Assembly (NCBI RefSeq): GCF_006345805.1
Contig: NW_021825322.1
Coordinates: 1 to 16,138, forward strand
DNA from: Octopus sinensis
Lineage: Eukaryota
Length of the DNA stretch: 16,138 nt
Reading direction: 5' to 3'
Part shown: positions 9,953-16,138 of the stretch, one piece after another
Layout of the letters: every line of letters begins with the position of its first letter
Numbering within the stretch: the stretch's first letter is position 1
Translations under genes and position numbers: made by a program
Notes under the pieces: generated by a model
Told to the model about the DNA's origin: nothing
Database searches by the model: none
Seen by the model: the letters and a program-made list of their open reading frames with translations, nothing else

Positions 9953-10096
9953 CTGCAAAATGTTTCGATAGGATCTCTTCAAAAGTGAAGCCGTTTCTGT
10001 CAGGAACTTTGCTCTTTGACATTTTACAAAGCAGATTCTGAAAATCGGTTTCATTGCCTTTGAAATATTCCATTATATTTTCTGATATACTTGAGA

Positions 10097-10440
10097 TATA
10101 CACACAGACACACACAGACACACACAGACACACTCAGACACATACACACTCAGACACATACACAGACACATACACACTCAGACACATACACAGACACATA
10201 CACACTCAGACACATACACACACACACACACGCACACATACGTATATGTGTGTGTCTGAGTGTGTGGGCGTGTGAATACGCATAAATAAATGTGTGCTTG
10301 TGTGTATATACAAGTTTACATTCATAGACGCATACAAATATACGCATGAGTATGCGTTCAAACAGGAAGATACGCACACACACACACACACACACACACA
10401 CGCATATACACACACATGCACGCACTCGTACACACACTCT

Positions 10441-10479
<39 letters not shown>

Positions 10480-10480
10480 T
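10097..10480. repeat. CA/CAGA/CATA-rich compound microsatellite with 28-bp higher-order unit and (CT)n
   Basis: cacactcagacacata+cacagacacata repeated about 2.5 times at 10145-10216; (CA)n near 10375-10402; (CT)n at 10436-10468. Confidence 0.9.
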
Positions 10481-10509
10481 ATATACGTACATTCATAAAT
10501 ACAGCCGTA

Positions 10510-10780
10510 AGTGGTCTGATCAATAAGTATCCGGACTGTTGTCATAGTAACGAAGCTGAAGCACGCAGAATGAAGCCGCTTCGCAAAGATTAAACTTGAA
10601 CTCTGCTGTGCATGTACACTAAGTTTTAACGTTGTAGCTCACTTTCGCTGCTTACATCAGTGCTTGGAAAGAAGGTGTGTAATGTGTGATCGTCGCGTTG
10701 ACCATAACAGAAAGTTGAGCAGAGAATCTAATCAAAATTTGCCAAAAAACTTGGCGATACTTGCTCTCAGGCCTACACAA
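10510..10780 (+). mobile_element. Mariner transposon 5' end (TIR, 5' UTR, decayed transposase N-terminus)
   Basis: TA at 10508-10509 is followed by the TIR-like agtggtctgatcaataagtatccggact. With frameshifts, 10704-10779 reads (M)TE-VEQRI-IKFCQKLGDTCSQAYT, matching the mariner N-terminal EQRxxIKF HTH motif. Confidence 0.8.
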
Positions 10781-11036
10781 TGTTTTCAAAAATCTTTCAT
10801 CGATCTCGACACAATCAAGGAGGTCTTGAGCAACTGAAGTTCGGCTGTGTTTTTTGGTCAACTGAAAGTAGCTTTGGCAGACAGGCGTTTCATACCCAAA
10901 TCTTGAGTGAGAATGGATTGAACAGAACCGTAACTAGTTGGCAGATCCCCTAATAACTCACGGATGGTGATTCGACGATTTCCCTTCACAGCTTCACGCA
11001 CATTTGAGATGTTTTTCTAAGTTCTGGTGACTGCTC
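10776..11036 (-). mobile_element. Mariner transposase internal fragment in inverted orientation (pseudogene)
   Basis: The minus strand reads KNISNVREAVKGNRRITIRELLGDLPTSYGSVQSILTQDLGMKRLSAK / LTKKHSRTSVAQDLLDCVEIDERFLKTL. This covers the second HTH, a decayed WVPxxL-equivalent linker and the sequence just before the GDE motif. Confidence 0.85.
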
Positions 11037-11062
11037 ATTTGTTTTGTTTTGTTTGTTTATTT

Positions 11063-11279
11063 TATAAATTCCAATGTGACCTCGTGAGCACCGCCAGCAA
11101 ATTTTTTTTCCCTCTGTCTTCCCTTCTCGGGATCTTTCCTTCTCCTTTGTTTCCGACGAAGAGCTCCGCTCGAAACGTTAAGCTCTCCTTCTTCCCTTCT
11201 TCCTGAGCGTCCAATAATACTTTATTTGTTCCACGTCCTCGCGTTGCTGTGTTTTTTGTGTTTTCTTGTTTGGATTAAC

Positions 11280-11281
<2 letters not shown>
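11063..11281 (+). mobile_element. Penelope-like element terminal-repeat fragment ending in (TA)n
   Basis: It contains a gacgaagagctccgctcgaaacgtt hammerhead-like core of the kind associated with Penelope-like termini, a pyrimidine-rich context and a tail into (AT)n. The family assignment is from recall only. Confidence 0.45.
11149..11183 (+). ncRNA. Minimal type I hammerhead ribozyme motif (U4C variant)
   Basis: Stem I gttt(11149-52)/aagc(11180-83); core CCGACGA (11153-59); A; stem II gagc-tcc-gctc (11161-71); GAAA (11172-75); palindromic stem III AC/GT; NUH = GUU, with predicted cleavage after 11179. Confidence 0.55.
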
Positions 11282-11283
<2 letters not shown>

Positions 11284-11335
<52 letters not shown>

Positions 11336-11402
11336 TATATACATACATACATACATACATACATACATACATACATACATACATACATACATACATACAT
11401 AC
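11284..11402. repeat. (AT)n followed by (ACAT)n microsatellite
   Basis: tatatata at 11284-11340, then acatacat to about 11402. Confidence 0.95.
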
Positions 11403-11857
11403 ACGTATACATATATATGTGTATATGTGTGTGTGAGTGTGTATGTATGTTTACATGATTTTGTTGTGGGCATACATGTATATCGACTTCAACTAATTAA
11501 AAAAAATCATTATTTTCCAAAGTGCGTGTAGAAATCTTGAAATAGGAGTTACTGCATAACTAGTAGACGCCGTCTCGATTAAACTATAGCAGCTAAATTC
11601 TTAAAAACATAACTAACCAGTAAATTGGAGGTGGACTCCAACAAGAAACGGAAAGTAGTTTGGGGTTTGTTTCACACGTATTAATTTTCTTCAACGAAGA
11701 ATAACTTTGCCGTATTATTCTAAGCTCTGAGAAGAGAAATACTGAGCTAAAGTACAGGAAAAGTCATAGAGAAATTCTGTACAGAATCATAATAATTGTA
11801 AATTGGTTTGAAAAATGTGTTACACTAAGACTTACTGCATTAAACGACTGTTATCCA

Positions 11858-12026
11858 GGAGGTTGTATGGCCGAATAGTAAAGACGTTTGTTGTTCAATC
11901 AAGCGATACCGGTTTCAATCTCAATGTATGGCATCTTCAACAAATCTTTTGTGTTTGTCGTAATGTGGAGTCGGTCCGAGCGTCTTGAGTGACATTGTGG
12001 AGAAGGAAACTGTGTGGAAGCCCATC
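11858..12026 (+). mobile_element. Old, decayed tRNA-derived SINE (possibly CORE-type)
   Basis: A-box-like tggccgaatagtaa, B-box-like ggtttcaatctc, a decayed ggcatcttcaacaaatct (CORE-like ggcaccttgggcaagtg from recall) and terminal ggaaactgtgtggaagccc. Confidence 0.5.
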
Positions 12027-12048
12027 ATGCTGATTCAACTTGTAATTT

Positions 12049-12213
12049 AGGGATCCAGTCTTATCACAGATTCCGTAACGTTGATTCCGGCTGAGGTTAG
12101 CATCACGAGTACACCTGTATTTTTAGCCGGTCAACCTGTTTCACGCTAATTACAATCGGGAGGTAGTTCTTTTGATCAGACTGTTGACTAGTCATCGTCA
12201 CAGGCTGACCGAG
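12049..12213 (+). mobile_element. Decayed 3' half related to family C SINE
   Basis: Collinear but diverged blocks versus 7728-7892: cttatcacag~cttgtcacac, agtacacctgt~ggtacacgtgt, tcacgctaatt~gcacgttaat, tcatcgtcac~tcatcgtcgc. Confidence 0.6.
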
Positions 12214-12505
12214 ATCCATATATTCCATGCGTTTGTTATAAATTTAGACACATCTGTTCAACACATTCAAATCCCCCAAGGAAGGCGGCAATAAGTAGAC
12301 GTTATTGTTGCTATTGTTGTTGTTGTTGGATAGCTTTATAGTTATTCTAATTGAGCCGACGCGCGATCAAAGGTGAATTTGTTGTTTAAAATGTTTTCTT
12401 GAATATTTCGCTAAACCTGTGGGACATTGCGGTGCCATTTGCTTTTCCATGGCAGTGTACTGCAGTGAAGAGTTGTGAAGTATAGTAGCTTTGATGTGTA
12501 ACGGT

Positions 12506-13015
12506 CGTGGTGGTGGTGGTGGTTGTGATGGTTGTTGTGGTTGTGATGGTAGTGGTGGTTGTGGTGGTTGTGGTGGTGGTGGTGATGGTTGTTGTGGTTG
12601 TGATGGTAGTGGTGGTGGTGGTGGTGGTGGTTGTGATGGTTGTTGTGGTTGTGATGGTAGTGGTGGTTGTGGTGGTTGTGGTGGTGGTGATGGTTGTTGT
12701 GGTTGTGATGGTAGTGGTGGTGGTGGTGGTGGTGGTTGTGATGGTTGTTGTGGTTGTGATGGTAGTGGTGGTTGTGGTGGTTGTGGTGGTGGTGATGGTT
12801 GTTGTGGTTGTGATGGTAAGTGGTGTTGGTGGTGGGGTGGTGTGGTGTGGTTGTGATGGTTGTTGTGGTTGTGATGGTAGTGGTGGTTGTGGTGGTTGTG
12901 GTGATGATGGTTGTGATGGTTGTGGTGGTGGTGGTTGTAGTGCTGGTGGTTGTAGTGGTGGTTGTGGTGGTTGTGATGGTAGTGGTTGTGGTGGTGGTGG
13001 TGGTGGTGGTGGTGA
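12506..13015. repeat. GGT/TGT/GAT-based minisatellite (105-108-bp higher-order unit)
   Basis: A unit translating as CDGCCGCDGSGGCGGCGGG(G)DGCCGCDGSGGGGGGG occurs about 2.8 times at 12522-12818, with a partial copy near 12851-12920. Confidence 0.92.
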
Positions 13016-13240
13016 TCATGATGCTGCTGCTGCTGCTGATGATGATGATGAAGACGACGATGATGATGATGTTGGCGATGTTCAGAACGATGTTGATAGT
13101 GGTGGTTGTGACGAAGACGACAACGACGATGATGGTGAGGAGGAGAAGGAAGAGGAGGAGGAGAAGGAGGAAGAGAAGGGGGAAAGAAAATTGATTTCTA
13201 TTACTTCCAGTTCCACTACTACTACTACTACCACCACTAC

Positions 13241-13273
<33 letters not shown>

Positions 13274-13288
13274 CACCAATACTACTAG

Positions 13289-13327
<39 letters not shown>

Positions 13328-13330
13328 GAT
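13016..13330. repeat. (GCT)/(GAT)/(GAG)/(CTA)n compound microsatellites
   Basis: gctgctgct and gatgat runs at 13020-13075, gaggag at 13136-13180 and ctacta at 13213-13326. Confidence 0.92.
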
Positions 13331-13518
13331 GATGACGTTGATAATAATAGATCTTGTAAATAAAACATTGATGTGTTCAATGAATTAATCGAACTGTTTG
13401 AAACTTAAAATTTAATATTAACTATTAACAGAATGAATAATCCAGAAAAGGGTGAGTGAATCGGATTGGGGTGTGAGTGGGGCGTATCTTCAAGTGTCAC
13501 CTGGATGAAGTATCAAAA

Positions 13519-13660
13519 GTCTGCCGTTACTTTCTGAGTTCAAATTCCGCCGAGGTCGATTTTGCCTTTCATCCTTTCGGGGTCGATTAAATAAGTACCA
13601 GTTACACACTGGGGGTTCGACGTAATCGACTTAATCCTTTTGCCTGTCCTTGTTTGTCCC
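13519..13660 (+). mobile_element. Family B SINE, truncated at both ends
   Basis: gtctgccgttactttctgagttcaaattccgccgaggtcg...ctgtccttgtttgtccc matches the reverse complement of the 5025-5440 units; the tRNA head and tail are missing. Confidence 0.9.
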
Positions 13661-13838
13661 CAAGGACAGACATAGGTATTAAGTCGATTACATCAATCCC
13701 AGTGCGTAACTGGTACTTAATTTATCGACCCCGAAAGGATGAAAGGCAAAGTCGACCTTGACGGAATTTGAACTCACAACGTAACGGCAGATGAAATACC
13801 GCTAGGCATTTGGACCGGCGTGTTAACGTTTCTGCCAG
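13661..13838 (-). mobile_element. Family B SINE with head, 3'-truncated
   Basis: caaggacagacataggtattaagtcg...gctaggcatttggaccggcgtgttaacgtttctgccag is collinear with 5252-5427. Confidence 0.9.
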
Positions 13839-14337
13839 GTCAACGGTCCAACATCATACCGTGACGAGAAAGATCATCCCCACACCGGACATGTTATGTT
13901 TGGCGTCCTATTCAGACACTAATGCTGCAAATAGGCAGACTGGTTGTTAAAAGCGACAGAATGAGTTTTAATACCAAAAAGTAATCTTAACCTTCCGCTT
14001 AACTTAGATGTTGTGTTAGAAGACAGTAAAACGCGTTATTTACTTTGCCATACCAGTGACTCAATAGCCATTGAGATTCTCTATAATATAGGATCTATAT
14101 CATTGAGAGGAGATTTGGCTGTTATCACGCCTGCAGAGCGTTTTACACCGACGAACCCATAGCAAGGTGAAATTACGCGATCTCGTATTTCCGGTGCTGG
14201 TAGCAGGCAATTCTCTTCTATCGATGATATAATTTCGAGTGCTTATATGCACCACGAGTTCGTGTGAGGAATTCTCTCAGGGTAATATAACGCCGTACTC
14301 TGTGTTCTAACACAACCGCGGCATTGAGTTATCAATC

Positions 14338-14385
14338 GGTGCCCCAGCATGGCCACAGCTCAAGAGCTGAAACCGGAAAACATAA
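14338..14385 (+). mobile_element. Short SINE/LINE 3'-tail fragment
   Basis: ggtgccccagcatggccacagctcaagagctgaaac resembles, from recall, a common cephalopod retroposon 3' end; there is no second copy in the window to confirm it. Confidence 0.4.
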
Positions 14386-14798
14386 ACAAATTACCTTTTG
14401 GTATTAATGTTGCTTCTGTCGCTATCAATTCTGTGTGTGTGTGTGCGTGTGTGTGCGTACGTGGATGTGTTTGTATGTTTGTAACTCCTGTGTATGAACA
14501 TTTTAAACCAGTGTGGTGGTGGGGGGGGTCAGTTTTGGGAGTTCCAGTATTCTGAGGAGTGTGGAACCACTGGGAAAGCAAACATTTGTCACGACATCCT
14601 TCTTGGAGAAGGACACTCACATGTAAAAACCTGCGTTTTCACGCGATTACTGGTCACCTCGCTTCGGCCTGTCACCAATTACTAATCACGTAGAACAAGA
14701 GAGAGAGAGAGAGGCATTCGTGTTGTGCAAGCTTTGTTTCATTATAATCCAATGATGTACAGATGTCTCTTTAAGGTAATCTCTTTTGGCATTCTTAC

Positions 14799-14857
14799 CT
14801 ACTGAAAGTACAATGGCGGCGGCGGCGGCGGCGGTGGTGGTGGTGGTGGTGTTGACG
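14799..14857 (-). other. Candidate 59-nt exon containing (ACC)6(GCC)6
   Basis: Long T-rich tract ttttttttgtttttttttggcattattttcatgctaccag| upstream and donor tag|gtaaga at 14798. Confidence 0.3.
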
Positions 14858-15461
14858 CTGGTAGCATGAAAATAATGCCAAAAAAAAAACAAAAAAAACC
14901 CCAGATGAAATATAGAAGAGCGTGAAAATGAAATGAAATAAATATAAAACAAGATCGGAAACAGAAAAAAAAAATGTGGCTCCCGGCTGAAAAATATGGC
15001 TTCCGACATTAAAAAAAATGTCTCCCAATAGAATTAAAGGAAATAATAACATATGAGTGGTAATGATATTAAGTCAGTCTCGGCCAGAGAAGAAAGAAAA
15101 TCAGGGATTGTTAAAGAAGGAAAAAAAAGATAAAGCGACAGAAAAAAAGTCTCTTTTTTGCCTTCTGGTTTATTCTCCCATTCCAAGTATTTTTCAAAAA
15201 TAAATCAGTTTTTAGTACAAATGTTTACTGTTCGTTTCTGATTTCTGGCGGCCATGTGGCTTTGGAGATATTTTAAAGTGAAGATACATAGAGATAGAAA
15301 GGCGTGTGTGTGTGTGTGTGTGTGTGCTTGTATGATAAAATCCATATCTTCCTACGTCTGTTTCGTAGCAATTATGCATAACTCTACCTAGTTTTGTCTC
15401 TTCGTACCTGTTCCTATATACATTCAAAAGAATGTATATGCACTAATTCATTCATTTATAA

Positions 15462-15476
15462 ACACACACACACACA

Positions 15477-15512
<36 letters not shown>
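15462..15512. repeat. (CA)n microsatellite
   Basis: acacacac run with one ctca interruption. Confidence 0.95.
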
Positions 15513-15516
<4 letters not shown>

Positions 15517-15794
15517 GAGCGATGTTTATATTCGCCAGTTCTGACGAACAATATAAAAGGAACTCAATACTGCTGTTGTTTGTAGGTGTTTATTGAGATT
15601 GATCAAGTGGTCTGTTATACTGTGTCTGTTTAAATAGTATATATAGATGGCACTTTGGCGATATAAAATTGCATTTTGCACCAGACGTTTCTCCCGATGT
15701 ATCTACCACAGTATAGCTTGTTCTAACAGAACATCCGCGTTTAAGCGAGGATAAATTTTAATTCTCGGTGTCAATACTTCCTCTGTCACTAATA

Positions 15795-15885
15795 CACAGA
15801 TACATACATACACACACACACAGACAGACAGACAGACACACACACACACACACACACAGACAGACAGACATACACACCCATACAC
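15795..15885. repeat. (CA)n/(CAGA)n compound microsatellite
   Basis: cacacacacagacagacagacagacacacac runs. Confidence 0.92.
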
Positions 15886-16138
15886 ATATATGTGAAAAAA
15901 TACGTTAAAAAAAGAGCAACTGAAACTTTTTGAGAGGTCCGAAAAGAAAGAATGATTTCTAATAGAGATTCATCATATTCATAAAAAAACAAAAAACAAC
16001 CAGAGAAAGTAATTAGAATATGAAAATAGTAATTGAAAAATATCGTTATAGGTATAAATATACAATAAACAGTTATAGAAAAATGGAGGAGAAAAAATGT
16101 TGCATCAAAATTAGATTTAAAACAAAATAGGATTGACT

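Noticed and set aside
12411-13388. His-rich and Val/Thr-rich ORFs as structural proteins such as squid histidine-rich beak proteins
   Set aside because: They lack the GHG/GAGFA-type motifs and signal peptide, and they sit in GGT/CTA simple repeats open in multiple frames.
15416-15439. Perfect 10-bp stem atatacattc-aaaa-gaatgtatat as a terminator
   Set aside because: The context is eukaryotic, the stem is AT-rich and weak, and there is no U-tract or upstream gene.

Overview
Eukaryotic, AT-rich and repeat-dense DNA that looks intronic or intergenic. It is most likely from an octopus or another coleoid cephalopod; this is inferred from my recall of the SINE families and from the very high density of long microsatellites. 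No protein-coding gene can be identified with confidence, and almost all long ORFs in the supplied track are translations of microsatellites or SINEs. Well-supported content: long tri- and tetranucleotide arrays; two families of intact tRNA-derived SINEs with exact target-site duplications (TSDs); and a decayed mariner transposon. Rearranged elements include a SINE dimer inside one TSD, a 196-bp tandem duplication, a tail-to-tail SINE palindrome and an internal orientation switch in the mariner. The most interesting signals are RNA-structural: a minimal type I hammerhead ribozyme motif (11149-11183) in a Penelope-like repeat, a 58-nt pre-miRNA-like hairpin (3077-3134), a ~156-bp non-SINE palindrome (8069-8224) and inverted SINE pairs that could form dsRNA. 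A few possible exons, mostly on the minus strand, are reported at low confidence. All identities and alignments were done by eye.
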